Made by a program: the position numbers and the translations under genes. A model generated the notes under the pieces. That model did no database searches, was not told where the DNA came from, and worked only from the letters and a program-made list of their open reading frames with translations. Positions 35,666-50,046 of a DNA stretch of 64,000 nucleotides are shown one piece after another (the first letter of the stretch is position 1; every line of letters begins with the position of its first letter). The DNA comes from an uncultured Candidatus Rokubacteria bacterium (GTDB lineage Bacteria; Methylomirabilota; Methylomirabilia; Rokubacteriales; CSP1-6), in contig CAVXJS010000011.1 in the NCBI GenBank assembly GCA_963762145.1, positions 448,001 through 512,000 of the forward strand. Direction: 5' to 3'.

Positions 35666-35847
35666 GGCGAGACGAACGAATATGAGAATGGTGCCAGGGA
35701 ACTAAGGCCAAGCCGGGCGAGACGAACGAATATGAGAATGGTGCCAGGGAACTAAGGCCAAGCCGGGCGAGACGAACGAATACGAAGGCGGGGTCAGGGA
35801 ACAAAGCAGGCGAGACGAACGAACATGAGAGAGGTGTCGGGGAAGCA
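35666..35847 (+). repeat. Tandem array of four purine-rich units (50, 50, 43 and 39 nt)
   Basis: GGCGAGACGAACGAA begins at 35666, 35716, 35766 and 35809. The period-50 repeat is perfect from 35666 to 35782. Confidence 0.95.
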
Positions 35848-36219
35848 ATGCAAGGCAAGCGGCTCGTACGCGTGAACCAGCTCATCAAGGAAGAGATCTC
35901 CATGGTCCTGCAGCGGCAGCTCAAGGACCCGCGGCTCGGGTTCGTGACCGTGACCGAGGTGGACACGACGCCCGACCTCAAGCGCGCCAAGGTCTTCGTC
36001 TCGGTGCTGGGGCCGGAGGCCCAGTGGGCCACCTCGTTCAAGGCGCTCGAGAGCGCGCGCGGCTTCGTGTGGAGCTGGCTGCGCCGCCACCTGGACCTGC
36101 GGGTGACGCCCGAGATCATGTTCCGACCCGACCGGTCCATGGAGCACGCCGCGCATATCCAGGCGCTCCTCGCGGACCTCAAGACCCGGGCCGACGACTC
36201 GTCCGAGTCCGAGGAATGA
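35848..36219 (+). CDS. rbfA: Ribosome-binding factor A
   Basis: LKDPRLGFVTVTEV, DLKRAKVFVS and LRVTPEIMFRPD. Confidence 0.95.
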   Translation: MQGKRLVRVNQLIKEEISMVLQRQLKDPRLGFVTVTEVDTTPDLKRAKVFVSVLGPEAQWATSFKALESARGFVWSWLRRHLDLRVTPEIMFRPDRSMEHAAHIQALLADLKTRADDSSESEE

Positions 36220-37208
36220 GCGTCACCGTCGTCGGGGCGGAGCCGCCGTCCGAGCTCCTGGACCTGCTCGCGGGGCCGCGCGGCTCCGCGCTGATGCTGG
36301 GCCACGTCCATCCGGACGGCGACGTGCTCGGCACGCTGCTCGGCCTGGGCCTCGCGATGGAGAAGGCGGGCTGGACGGTGACCTACGGCGGTCCCGATCC
36401 GGTGCCCGACGTGCTCGACTTCATCCCGGGCGCGGACCGCTGGCAGGTGTGGCGGACCGCGCCGGGAACGTTCGACACCATCGTGCTGACCGACTGTCCG
36501 AACGACGGGCGCACCGAGGGGCTCCTCGCCGCCGTTCGCGGCCCGGCCAGCCGGGTGCTCAACATCGATCATCATCCGGACAATCGCCGCTACGGGACGC
36601 TGAACTGGATCGATCCCTCCGCCGCCGCGGTCGGGGAGATGATCCACGACCTGCTCGTCGCCCTCGGCTGGCCCATCGGGCGAGAGACCGCCCTCGGCCT
36701 GTACACCGCGATCCACACCGACACCGGCTCGTTCCGGTACTCGAACACGACACCGCGCACGTTCCGGATCGCGGGCGCGCTCACCGCGGAGGGCGCCGAG
36801 CCCGCTCTCGTGACCGACCGGCTCTATCAGCGGCGCCCTCCGGACGCGCTGCTCACCCTGGGTCGCCTGCTGAGCCGCGTCGAGATCAGCGAGGACGGGC
36901 GCATCGCGGCGCTCACGGTGCCCGAGGGCGCGGCCTCCGAGGCCTTCATGGCCGCCGAGGATCTGGTGACCTACCCGCGCTCGATCGCGGGAGTCAAGGT
37001 GGCGGTGCTCCTTCGCGCCGAGGCCGACGGTCGCGTGAAGGCCAGCCTCCGGGGCAAGGGCGACGTGCCGGTCAACCGCATCGCGCACCAGTTCGGCGGC
37101 GGCGGACACGAGAACGCGGCGGGCTGCACCCTGCCCGGGCCGCTCGCGTCCGCGAAGGCCACGCTGCTCGCGGCGGTGAGGCAGGCCCTCGACGGCCCGC
37201 CGTCGTGA
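36216..37208 (+). CDS. DHH/DHHA1 phosphoesterase (NrnA-like nanoRNase/pAp phosphatase)
   Basis: HVHPDGD, NIDHH, TDTGSFRY, SLRGK and GGGGHENAAG. Confidence 0.92.
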   Translation: MSVTVVGAEPPSELLDLLAGPRGSALMLGHVHPDGDVLGTLLGLGLAMEKAGWTVTYGGPDPVPDVLDFIPGADRWQVWRTAPGTFDTIVLTDCPNDGRTEGLLAAVRGPASRVLNIDHHPDNRRYGTLNWIDPSAAAVGEMIHDLLVALGWPIGRETALGLYTAIHTDTGSFRYSNTTPRTFRIAGALTAEGAEPALVTDRLYQRRPPDALLTLGRLLSRVEISEDGRIAALTVPEGAASEAFMAAEDLVTYPRSIAGVKVAVLLRAEADGRVKASLRGKGDVPVNRIAHQFGGGGHENAAGCTLPGPLASAKATLLAAVRQALDGPPS

Positions 37209-38122
37209 GCGATCGCCTCCGCTCCGGCATCCTGTCGGTCGAGAAGGGCCCGGGTGTCACCTCGTTCCAGGTGGTGGCCCACCTCCGCCGCGTGCTCCGC
37301 GCGCCGCGCATCGGGCACGGCGGCACGCTCGATCCCGCGGCCACCGGGGTCCTGCCCATCCTGATCGGGGAAGCGACCAAGCTGACGCCGTACCTGGTGG
37401 ATCTGGACAAGGAATACGTGGCCACCGTGCGCCTGGGCGTCACCACCGAGACGCAGGACCTTTCGGGCGCGGTGGTCGAGACGCGTCCGGTCCCCCCGCT
37501 CGACGCTCCCGCGATCGAGGCCGCGCTCGCGCCGTTCGTGGGCCGCATCCGGCAGGTGCCTCCCATGTACTCCGCGCTCCACCATGACGGCAAGCGCCTC
37601 TACGAGCTGGCCCGGCAGGGCGTCGAGGTGGCGCGTGAGCCGCGCGAGGTCGTCGTCCACTCGATCGGGCTCGAGTCGGTCGCGCTCCCGGACTTCGTCG
37701 TGCGCGTCCGCTGCGGCAAGGGCACCTACGTGCGCACGCTCGCCGCGGACGTGGGCGCCGCGCTGGGCTGCGGGGCAGCCCTGGCCGGGCTCGTGCGCAG
37801 CCGGGTGGGGCCGTACGCGCTCGAGGCCGCCGTCACGTGGGACGAGGTCCGCGAGGCGCGCTCCGGCGAGCGGCTGTGGGCGCGGCTTCTCCCCCCGGAC
37901 TCGGCGCTCGCCGGCCTGCCGGCGGTGCGGCTCGACGCGGAGGGGACCCGCGCCTTCGCTCATGGGCAGGCGGCGCCGGCGGGCGCGCGCGTCGGCGGCC
38001 TCCTCCGCGTGTACGGCCCCGACGGCGGCCTGCTCGGGGTGGGGCAGGGGCTCGGCGATCGAGTGAAGCCCGAACGGCTCCTCCATGCGGATCCTCCGCG
38101 ATCTTCCGTCCTTCCCGCCTGA
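37205..38122 (+). CDS. truB: tRNA pseudouridine(55) synthase
   Basis: GHGGTLDP, QVPPMYSA, GKRLYELAR and CGKGTYVR. Confidence 0.95.
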   Translation: MSDRLRSGILSVEKGPGVTSFQVVAHLRRVLRAPRIGHGGTLDPAATGVLPILIGEATKLTPYLVDLDKEYVATVRLGVTTETQDLSGAVVETRPVPPLDAPAIEAALAPFVGRIRQVPPMYSALHHDGKRLYELARQGVEVAREPREVVVHSIGLESVALPDFVVRVRCGKGTYVRTLAADVGAALGCGAALAGLVRSRVGPYALEAAVTWDEVREARSGERLWARLLPPDSALAGLPAVRLDAEGTRAFAHGQAAPAGARVGGLLRVYGPDGGLLGVGQGLGDRVKPERLLHADPPRSSVLPA

Positions 38123-39020
38123 GCTGCGGCCGTCGGTGGCCGCCTTCGGCGCCTTCGACGGCATCCATCTCGCGCACGCCAAGATCCTCGACACCGCGGT
38201 GGAGCGGGCCCGCGCGCTCGGCGTCTCCGCGGTCGCGTGCACCTTCGACCCGCACCCGACCGCGGTGCTCCGGCCCGAGAAGGCACCCGCGCCCATCGCG
38301 ACGCTCGAGGAGAACCTGGCCCGCATCGCGGAGCACGGCCTCGACGCCGCCCTGGTCATTCCCTTCACGCTGGACTTCTCTCGGATGGAAGCCGAGAGCT
38401 TCGTGGACGAGGCGCTGGTTCGCACCCTCGGGGCCCGCGAGGTGGTGGTGGGCTTCAACCACACCTTCGGCCGGGGGGCGCGCGGGACCGCGGTCCTCCT
38501 GCGGGAGCTGGGCGGCTCCCGCGGCTTCGTCACCCACGTGCTCCCCCCGCTACAGGTCAACGGGCTCACCGTGTCCTCGAGCGCGATCCGCGAGGCCCTG
38601 CGTGATGGCGACGTGGAGCAGGCGCGGGCGTTTCTGGGCCGGCCCTACTCGCTGACCGGGACGGTGCAGCGCGGCGCCGGCCGGGGCCGCACGCTCGGCT
38701 TTCCCACCGCGAATCTGAAGCCGGATCGCCCCCTGGCCTTGGCCGCGGGCGTGTATGCGGCCCACGCCCGCTGGGAGGGCCGGCACGCGGAGGCGGTGGT
38801 CAACATCGGGTACCGGCCGACCTTCGAGGAGTCACAGTACTGGGTCGAGGCCTACCTGTTCGACTTCGCCGGGGACCTCTACGACCGCACGATCACGCTC
38901 GACTTCCTGGTCCGCATCCGGGCGGAAATGAAATTCCCGGGCGTCGAGGCGCTGACCGCGCAGGTCCGAGCCGACATGGCGGAGGCGCGGCGGCTACTTC
39001 GAGCGCAACCGGCGGGGTGA
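38085..39020 (+). CDS. ribF: Bifunctional riboflavin kinase/FAD synthetase
   Basis: GAFDGIHLAH, SSSAIR, GRTLGFPTAN and NIGYRPTF. Confidence 0.95.
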   Translation: MRILRDLPSFPPELRPSVAAFGAFDGIHLAHAKILDTAVERARALGVSAVACTFDPHPTAVLRPEKAPAPIATLEENLARIAEHGLDAALVIPFTLDFSRMEAESFVDEALVRTLGAREVVVGFNHTFGRGARGTAVLLRELGGSRGFVTHVLPPLQVNGLTVSSSAIREALRDGDVEQARAFLGRPYSLTGTVQRGAGRGRTLGFPTANLKPDRPLALAAGVYAAHARWEGRHAEAVVNIGYRPTFEESQYWVEAYLFDFAGDLYDRTITLDFLVRIRAEMKFPGVEALTAQVRADMAEARRLLRAQPAG

Positions 39021-39024
39021 TCGC

Positions 39025-39053
39025 TTGAACCCCTTACCCCCGCGTGATACACT
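39025..39053 (+). promoter_or_regulatory. Promoter of rpsO-pnp
   Basis: TTGAAC-17 bp-TACACT, with an extended -10 TG. Confidence 0.65.
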
Positions 39054-39165
39054 CCGCACGTCTTGACGCGGGTTTGAGCGGTCCAACGAACCCGTCCCAA
39101 CGGAGCCGCGGTCGGGGCTCTGGGGGCGTGGCGATTGGGGGGGGAACCCCCGGGAGGATCCCGGT

Positions 39166-39435
39166 ATGCGACTGTCCCAGGACAAGAAGAAGGGTCTGAT
39201 CGAGCAGTTCAAGGTGCACGAGGGCGACACCGGCTCGCCCGAGGTCCAGATCGCGCTGCTGTCGGAGCGGATCAACGGGCTCACCGAGCACTTCAAGCTC
39301 CACAAGAAGGACCACCACTCCCGTCGCGGCCTGCTGATGCTGATCGGCAAGCGCCGCGGCCTCATCGAGTACCTTCGCAAGAAGGACTCGGAGCGCTACC
39401 GAGCCATCACGGAAAAGCTCGGGATTCGCAAGTGA
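39166..39435 (+). CDS. rpsO: 30S ribosomal protein S15
   Basis: [24 protein letters not shown] and LGIRK. Confidence 0.97.
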   Translation: MRLSQDKKKGLIEQFKVHEGDTGSPEVQIALLSERINGLTEHFKLHKKDHHSRRGLLMLIGKRRGLIEYLRKKDSERYRAITEKLGIRK

Positions 39436-39544
39436 TCGCGGACCCCGATTGGATCGATCTCACACTCGCCCGGCTCGACCGGGCCCCTCTCGAAGTCGCA
39501 ACTCATTCTCGCTTCCCATTTCCTAGCCGGAGGACGCTGACCGT

Positions 39545-41682
<2,138 letters not shown>

Positions 41683-41683
<1 letters not shown>

Positions 41684-42945
41684 TGGCGTATCGCAAGAGC
41701 GCGCTGCCCAACGGCATCCGTCTCGTCACCGAGACGATGCCGCATGTGCGCTCCGTCGCGGTGGGTATCTGGGTGGAGACGGGCTCGCGGCTCGAGCCCG
41801 AGCCACTCGGCGGCATCTCCCACCTGATCGAGCACCTCGTCTTCAAGGGCACCGCGACCCGCTCGGCCGAGGAGATCGCGCGCGCGATCGACTCGGTGGG
41901 CGGCCAGATGGACGCCTTCACCGCGAAGGAGCACACCTGCTTCTACGTGCAGGTGCTCGACGAGCACCTGCCGCTCGCGGTGAGCCTGCTCACCGACATC
42001 CTGCGCCAGCCGCTCTTCGCCGCCGCGGATATCGAGAAGGAGAAGGCGGTCGTCCTCCAGGAGATCAAGATGGTGGAGGACACCCCCGACGACCTGATCC
42101 ACGACCTGTTCGCGGAGCAGGTGTGGGCCGGCCACCCGCTGGGGCGGCCGATCCTGGGGCGCTGGGACGTGGTCAAGGCGCTTCGATCGGGACACCGTGC
42201 TCGGCTACTTCGAGCGCGAGTACGTGCCCGGCGCGGATCGTGGTGGCGGTGGCCGGCCACGCCGAGCACGAGCGGGTGGCCGATCTCTTCGCGGCGGGCT
42301 TCGAGGGCTGGGGCCGGCCGCGCGGTGCCGCACACCTTCGTGCCCCCCACGCTGCACGGCGGCATCCACACCGTGCAGAAGCCGCTCGAGCAGGTGCACC
42401 TGGTCCTCGGGCTGCCCGGCGTCTCCGACACCGCGGCCGACCGCTACCCGCTCTACCTGCTCAACGACATCATCGGCGGCAGCATGTCCTCGCGGCTCTT
42501 CCAGGAGATCCGGGAGCGTCAGGCCCTCGTCTACTCGGTCCACTCGGGCCAGCAGGCCTACCGCGACACCGGGCTCTTCTACGTGTACGCGGGGACGGAC
42601 CCGGCCAACTTCAGCAAGGTGCTCCACGCCCTGATGAAGGAGATCCGCGGCCTCAAGAAGGACGGGGTCACCGCCGACGAGCTGCGCCGGTCCAAGGAGC
42701 ATCTCAAGGGGAGCCTGATGCTCTCGCTCGAGTCCACGTCTTCTCGAATGAACCGTCTCGCATCCCACGAGATGCGCTTCGGCTCGTTCATGTCCATGGA
42801 CGAGATGCTCGCCGCGATCGATCGCGTGCAGATGGACGAGGTGGACGCGCTCATCCACCGCGTGCTCGACGAGGAGCAGCTCTCGCTCCTCACCCTGGGG
42901 GCGGTGGGACGGCGCCACCTCCCCCGCGGTCTGATGCGCGCCTGA
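41683..42945 (+). CDS. M16 family zinc peptidase (internal compensating frameshifts at about 42180-42320)
   Basis: HxxEH motif HLIEHLVFKGT, and SSRLFQEIRE. Confidence 0.92.
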
Positions 42946-42955
42946 GGAGGCGTCG

Positions 42956-44255
<1,300 letters not shown>

Positions 44256-44268
44256 GGGCGCGGGCGGT

Positions 44269-44520
44269 ATGAAGGCGCGGGTTCTCGTGCGGCTCAAGCC
44301 GAGCATCCTGGACGCGCAGGGCGTCACGGTGAAGCGTGCCCTCGCCTCGCTGGGTTTCGCGGAGGTGCAGGACGTGCGCGTGGGAAAGGTCGTGGACGTC
44401 GAGCTGGACGGTCTCGGGCCTGAAGACGCGCGGCGTCGAGTGGACGAGATGTGCGCGCGCCTGCTCTGTAACCCCGTGATCGAGGACTTCAGCGTGGAGC
44501 TCCTGGGCGACACCCGCTAA
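44269..44520 (+). CDS. purS: FGAM synthase subunit PurS
   Basis: LKPSILDAQG, VRVGK and LLCNPVIEDF. Confidence 0.93.
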   Translation: MKARVLVRLKPSILDAQGVTVKRALASLGFAEVQDVRVGKVVDVELDGLGPEDARRRVDEMCARLLCNPVIEDFSVELLGDTR

Positions 44521-44609
44521 TCTCCTCTCGCCCCTTCGAGCCCCTTGTCAGATCGGAGGTGGCGGAGTAGAGTGACGAAGTAGCCACACAAGGAGGAACA
44601 CACGGTCCA

Positions 44610-45324
44610 ATGAACTTCGGCGTGGTGATCTTCCCGGGCACGTGGAGTGACTGCGACTTTCACTACGTCATCAGCGAAGTCCTGCATCAGCCGGTGCGCT
44701 ACGTCTGGCACCGGGACGCCAACCTCGGCGAGTTCGACTGCCTGATCCTCCCCGGCGGCTTCTCCTACGGGGACTATCTCCGGGCCGGCGCGGTGGCGGG
44801 ACGCTCGCCGGTGGTGGAGGCGCTCCCCGAGTTCACCGCTCGCGGTGGCCTCGTACTCGGCTCCTGCAACGGGTTCCAGATCCTCTGCGAGGCCGGCCTG
44901 CTGCCCGGTGCGCTGATGCGCAACGAGTGCCTGCAGTACCGCTGCCAGTCGACCCACCTCGATGGTGGAGAACGCGGACACCGCGTTCACCCGCGCGATG
45001 CGCCAGGGTCAGGTCCTCAAGATGCCCATCTCGCACGGCGAGGGGAAGTACCACGCCGACGCGGAGACCCTGCGAGCGCTCCGGGCGAAGAATCAGGTCG
45101 TCTTCCGCTACTGCACGGAAGAGGGGCGCGTCGCCAAGGAAGCCAACCCCAACGGGTCGATCGACAATATCGCCGGCGTGATCAACGAGGAAGGCACGGT
45201 GCTCGGGCTGATGCCGCACCCGGAGCGGGCCGCCGAGGCCACGGTGGGCGGGACCGACGGCACCCTGATCTTCAACTCGATCCTCGGCACCCTCGTCGAA
45301 GACGGCTCGTTCCTCAAGCGGTAG
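44610..45324 (+). CDS. purQ: FGAM synthase glutaminase subunit (frameshift near 44960)
   Basis: PGGFSYGDYLR, GSCNGFQIL, HGEG, NPNGS and MPHPER. Confidence 0.95.
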
Positions 45325-45353
45325 CTGCCACGTGACAACGGGGTGGGGGCGGG

Positions 45354-47594
45354 GTGACCGCGGGCGACCCTAAGGTCACGCTGGACCTGGCCCAGAGCCA
45401 CGGCCTCACGGCCGAAGAATACGATCGCATCATCCGGCGCCTCGGCCGGGAGCCCACCTTCACCGAGCTCGGCCTCTTCTCCGCCCTCTGGTCCGAGCAC
45501 TGCGCCTACAAGCACTCGCGCGTCTTCCTGCGCTCGCTGCCCACCCGCGCGGCCCACGTGCTGCAGGGGCCCGGTGAGAACGCGGGGATCGTGGACCTGG
45601 GGGGCGATCTCGCGCTCACCTTCAAGATCGAGAGCCACAACCACCCGTCGTTCATCGAGCCCTTCCAGGGCGCGGCGACCGGAGTGGGCGGCATTCTCCG
45701 CGACATCTTCACGATGGGCGCCCGGCCCATCGCCGTCCTCGACTCCCTGCGCTTCGGCGATCCCGCCGATCCACGCCAGCGGCGCCTCATCGAGGGGGTG
45801 GTCTCCGGAATCGGCTGGTACGGCAACTGCTTCGGGGTCCCGAACCTCGGCGGCGAGGTCGGCTTCGCGCCCGAGTACGCGGGCAACCCGCTGGTCAACG
45901 CGATGGCGGTGGGCCTGGTGAGCAAGCGCGGCATCTTTCGCGCGCGCGCCGAGGGGGTGGGCAATCCGGTGTTCTACGTGGGGGCCAAGACCGGCCGCGA
46001 CGGCATCCACGGTGCCACCATGGCCTCCTCCACGTTCGACGAGACCGCGGAGGAGCGGCGGCCCACCGTGCAGGTCGGCGACCCGTTCACCGAGAAGCTG
46101 CTGCTGGAGGCCTGTCTCGAGGCCATGGCCACCGGCGCCATCGTGGGCATCCAGGACATGGGGGCGGCGGGCCTCGCCTGCGCCTGCTCGGAGATGCCCG
46201 CGCGCTCGAGCATGGGCATGGAGATCGAGGCGTCGCGGGTGCCGCAGCGCGAGACGGGGATGACCCCGTACGAGGTCATGCTGTCGGAGTCGCAGGAGCG
46301 GATGCTCCTGGTGGCGGAGCGGGGCCGGGAGGACGAGGTCCGCCGCACCTTCGCCAAGTGGGACCTCGACGCGGTGGAGATCGGCACCGTGACCGGCGAC
46401 GGCCTGCTCCGGGTGCGCTTCCACGGGTCGGTCGTGGCCGAGGTGCCGGTGAAGGCCCTCGCTGACGAGGCCCCGGTGTACGAGAAGCCCACCGCGCGGC
46501 CCGAATGGCAGGACGCGCTCGAGCGCTTCGATCCGCTGGCCGCGCTCGCTTCGCCCGAGTCCTGTGACGAGGCCTCGCAGGCCCTCCTGACCCTCCTCGC
46601 CTCGCCGGGCATCGCGTCCAAGGAATGGGTGTACCGTCAGTACGATCAGCAGGTCGGGATCAACTCGCTCGTGCTCCCCGGCTCGGACGCGGGGGTGCTG
46701 CGCATCAAGGGGACTCGTATCGGGGTGGCGGTAACCACCGATTGCAACGCGCGGTTCGTGTACCTCGATCCGCGTGTCGGCGCGGCGATGGCGGTGGCGG
46801 AGGCCGCCCGCAACCTGTCGGTGAGCGGAGCGCGACCGCTCGGGCTGACGGACTGCCTGAACTTCGGCTCTCCGGAGCGGCCCGAGATCCTGTGGCAGTT
46901 CAAGGAGGCGGTGGCGGGCATCACCGAGGCGTGCGGGGCACTGGAAATCCCCGTGGTCGGCGGCAACGTCTCCTTCTACAATGAGACTCTCGGCCAGGCG
47001 GTCCTCCCCACGCCGGTGATCGGCATGGCGGGGATCCTGGACGACGCGGAGGCGCGCTGCACGCAGTGGTTTGCCGAGCCCGGGGATCGGGTGGCCCTGC
47101 TCGGGCCGGAGGCGGTGAGCCTGGGCGGGTCGGAGTGGCTGTGGCTGCGGCGGCAGACGGTGGCCGGCCGGCTGGCCCCGCTCGATCTGTCGGTGGAGCG
47201 GGCGGTGCAGGAAGCCTGTCGCGCGGCGATCGCGGCCCGCCTGCTGGGCTCGGCCCACGACTGCGCGGAGGGAGGCCTGGCGGTGGCGCTGGCCGAGGCG
47301 TGCGCGAGCGGGCCGCGGCCGATGGGCGCGGACATCGAGCTGGGAGCGGGCGGCGGTCGCGCCGATCTCACGCTCTTCGGGGAAGGGCCGTCGCGCGTGG
47401 TGGTCTCGGTCAAGGCGGACCGGACGCGCCACTTCGAGCAGCTGATGAGCGAGTTCCGGGTGCCGTGGCGCTTCATCGGACGGGTCGGAGGCGACCATCT
47501 CCGGATCCGGGCGGGGGAGGCGAGCCTCGTGGATCTGGATCTGAACCGCATCACGAGCGCGTGGAGGGGCGGCTTTGAGCGATATGTCAGCTGA
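45354..47594 (+). CDS. purL: FGAM synthase small-type PurL
   Basis: [30 protein letters not shown] and SESQERM. Confidence 0.97.
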   Translation: MTAGDPKVTLDLAQSHGLTAEEYDRIIRRLGREPTFTELGLFSALWSEHCAYKHSRVFLRSLPTRAAHVLQGPGENAGIVDLGGDLALTFKIESHNHPSFIEPFQGAATGVGGILRDIFTMGARPIAVLDSLRFGDPADPRQRRLIEGVVSGIGWYGNCFGVPNLGGEVGFAPEYAGNPLVNAMAVGLVSKRGIFRARAEGVGNPVFYVGAKTGRDGIHGATMASSTFDETAEERRPTVQVGDPFTEKLLLEACLEAMATGAIVGIQDMGAAGLACACSEMPARSSMGMEIEASRVPQRETGMTPYEVMLSESQERMLLVAERGREDEVRRTFAKWDLDAVEIGTVTGDGLLRVRFHGSVVAEVPVKALADEAPVYEKPTARPEWQDALERFDPLAALASPESCDEASQALLTLLASPGIASKEWVYRQYDQQVGINSLVLPGSDAGVLRIKGTRIGVAVTTDCNARFVYLDPRVGAAMAVAEAARNLSVSGARPLGLTDCLNFGSPERPEILWQFKEAVAGITEACGALEIPVVGGNVSFYNETLGQAVLPTPVIGMAGILDDAEARCTQWFAEPGDRVALLGPEAVSLGGSEWLWLRRQTVAGRLAPLDLSVERAVQEACRAAIAARLLGSAHDCAEGGLAVALAEACASGPRPMGADIELGAGGGRADLTLFGEGPSRVVVSVKADRTRHFEQLMSEFRVPWRFIGRVGGDHLRIRAGEASLVDLDLNRITSAWRGGFERYVS

Positions 47595-49011
47595 GGCGAC
47601 GGCCATCGAGCTGGACGACGACAAGTTCCACGACGAGTGCGGGCTGTTCGGCATCTGGAATCACGCCGAGGCCGCGAACGTCGTGTACCTCGGTCTGTAC
47701 GCGCTCCAGCATCGGGGCCAGGAATCCGCCGGCATCGCCTCGACCGATGGCGATCACTTCCAGGTCGAGAAGGCGATGGGCTGGGTCGCCGACGTCTTCA
47801 GCCGCGACCGCCTCAAGCGCCTGCCGGGTCATCGCGCCATCGGCCACGTGCGCTACTCCACCGCGGGCAGCTCCAACCTGCGCAATGCCCAGCCGATCAC
47901 CGGCACCACCGCGCACGGGCCGGTGGCCATCGCCCACAACGGCAACCTGGTGAACGCCGAGGCGCTGCGGGAAGAGCTCGAGAAGGACGGCGCGGTCTTC
48001 CAGTCCTCGTCCGACACCGAGGTCATCCTGCACCTGCTGGCCCGGTCCGAGGGCGCGACGCTCGTCGAGCAGCTCGCCCGCGCCCTGACCCGGGTGCGCG
48101 GCGCCTACACCCTGCTGCTCCTGACTCCGACGTCGATCATCGGCGTCCGGGACCCCTCCGGCTTCCGGCCGCTCACCCTGGGCCGCCTGGACGACGCGTG
48201 GGTGCTCGCCTCGGAGACCTGCGCGCTCGACCTGATGGAAGCCAAGGTGGAGCGCGACGTGGAGCCGGGCGAGATCCTGGTCATCGACGAGCGCGGCCTC
48301 ACGTCGGTCAAGCCTTTCCGCCCCGCCCAGCGGCTGCAGTGCGTGTTCGAGTACGTGTACTTCGCGCGGCCCGACTCGGTGCTGTGGGGCCGGAACGTCC
48401 ACGCGGTGCGCAAGGCCCTCGGCCACCAGCTGGCCCGCGAGTATCCGGTGGTCGCCGACCTGGTCATCGCGGTGCCCGACTCCGGGGTCGGAGCCGCGCT
48501 CGGGTACTCGGAGGAATCGGGCCTGCCCTTCGACGTGGGGCTCGTTCGCAACCACTACGTGGGCCGTACCTTCATCGAGCCCCAGCAGGGCATCCGCCAC
48601 TTCGGGGTCAAGGTGAAGCTCAACCCGAATCGCGAGGTGCTGGACGGCAAGCGGGTCGTGGTCATCGACGACTCCATCGTCCGCGGCACCACCAGCCGCA
48701 AGATCGTGAAGATGATCCGGGCCGCGGGCGCGCGGGAGGTGCACGTGCGGATCTCCTCGCCGCCGATCCAGTGGCCCTGCTACTACGGCATCGACACGCC
48801 CACCCGGCGCGAGCTGATCGGGTCGAGCCACAAGGTGGAGGAGATCCAGCGCTACCTCGGCGCGGACTCCCTCGGCTACCTGTCGCTCGACGGCATGCTC
48901 AAGGCCGCGGGGTCGGACCCGGATCATTTCTGCCACGCGTGCTTCACCGGCCAGTACCAGGTCGGTTTCGAGTCCGAGGAGCTGGCGCAGCTCAAGCTGT
49001 TCGACTCGTAA
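47584..49011 (+). CDS. purF: Amidophosphoribosyltransferase
   Basis: Propeptide then [31 protein letters not shown] and Fe-S cysteines. Confidence 0.97.
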   Translation: MSAEATAIELDDDKFHDECGLFGIWNHAEAANVVYLGLYALQHRGQESAGIASTDGDHFQVEKAMGWVADVFSRDRLKRLPGHRAIGHVRYSTAGSSNLRNAQPITGTTAHGPVAIAHNGNLVNAEALREELEKDGAVFQSSSDTEVILHLLARSEGATLVEQLARALTRVRGAYTLLLLTPTSIIGVRDPSGFRPLTLGRLDDAWVLASETCALDLMEAKVERDVEPGEILVIDERGLTSVKPFRPAQRLQCVFEYVYFARPDSVLWGRNVHAVRKALGHQLAREYPVVADLVIAVPDSGVGAALGYSEESGLPFDVGLVRNHYVGRTFIEPQQGIRHFGVKVKLNPNREVLDGKRVVVIDDSIVRGTTSRKIVKMIRAAGAREVHVRISSPPIQWPCYYGIDTPTRRELIGSSHKVEEIQRYLGADSLGYLSLDGMLKAAGSDPDHFCHACFTGQYQVGFESEELAQLKLFDS

Positions 49012-49017
49012 GGAGTT

Positions 49018-50046
49018 ATGGATCCCCTGACGTATCGGGCCGCCGGCGTGGACATCCGAGCCGGCGACGAGGTTGTACGCCGGATCGCGCCGCTGGCCGC
49101 GTCCACCCTGCGCCCCGAAGTGCTGGGCGGCATCGGAGCTTTCGCCGCCTTCTGCCGGGTCCCCTTCGGGCTGCAGGATCCCGTGCTCGTCTCCTCCACC
49201 GACGGGGTGGGGACCAAGCTCAAGATCGCGGTGATGGCGGACCGCCACGACACGATCGGGGTCGACCTGGTCGCCATGGGCGTCAACGACGTGATCGTGC
49301 ACGGCGCCGAGCCGCTCTTCTTTCTCGACTACCTGGCCGTCCACCGCGTGGAGCCCGAGAAGATCGAGGCGATCGTGGCCGGCGTCGCGGCGGGCTGTCG
49401 CCAGGCCGGGTGCGCCCTGGTGGGTGGCGAGACCGCCGAGATGGGTGGGCTCTACGCGCCGGGGGAGTACGACCTGGCCGGCTTCGCGGTGGGCGTGGCC
49501 GAGCGCTCGGCCCTGATCACCGGCGAGCACGTCACCGCGGGTGATCGCGTCCTGGGCCTCGCGTCCTCGGGCCTGCACAGCAACGGCTTCACCCTGGCCC
49601 GCGAGGCGATCTTCGGCCGCATGGGGCTCAAGCTCGGCGATCCGATCCCCGGGGTCGGCCGGAGCGTGGGCGACGAGCTGCTCGAGCCCACGCGCATCTA
49701 CGTCAAGCCGGTGCTCGAGCTGATCCGGGAGGTGCGAGTGCGGGCGATGGCCCACATCACGGGTGGCGGCATCACCGAGAACCTGCCGCGGGTGCTGCCC
49801 GCGCAGCGGCGCGCCCGGATCGACCCCCGCGCGTGGCCGTCGCCGCCGGTCTTCGCGGCCATCCAGCGCGCCGCCTCGGTGGACGACGCCGAGATGCGGC
49901 GCACCTTCAACATGGGGATCGGCTTCGTGATCGTGGTCGCGCCCGAGGACGCGGCCGCCGCCACGCGGCGTCTCGAGGCGCTGGGCGAGCGGGTGTACCC
50001 GATCGGCGACATCGTGCCCGGCGCGCCCGGCGTGGACTATGTCTGA
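49018..50046 (+). CDS. purM: Phosphoribosylformylglycinamidine cyclo-ligase
   Basis: YRAAGVDI, DGVGTK, GGETAEM, SSGLHSNG and HITGGG. Confidence 0.97.
   Translation: MDPLTYRAAGVDIRAGDEVVRRIAPLAASTLRPEVLGGIGAFAAFCRVPFGLQDPVLVSSTDGVGTKLKIAVMADRHDTIGVDLVAMGVNDVIVHGAEPLFFLDYLAVHRVEPEKIEAIVAGVAAGCRQAGCALVGGETAEMGGLYAPGEYDLAGFAVGVAERSALITGEHVTAGDRVLGLASSGLHSNGFTLAREAIFGRMGLKLGDPIPGVGRSVGDELLEPTRIYVKPVLELIREVRVRAMAHITGGGITENLPRVLPAQRRARIDPRAWPSPPVFAAIQRAASVDDAEMRRTFNMGIGFVIVVAPEDAAAATRRLEALGERVYPIGDIVPGAPGVDYV

Noticed and set aside
35666-35847. CRISPR array
   Set aside because: The repeat is only about 15-17 nt, the first two spacers are identical and the others are homologous to them, and there are no cas genes in the window. 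It is a tandem duplication series.
32184-37109. 1641-aa minus-strand ORF and other long antisense ORFs (e.g. 45108-47654, 47587-50127, 18965-21226)
   Set aside because: These are shadow ORFs opposite well-conserved genes, expected at high GC, with no recognisable motifs.
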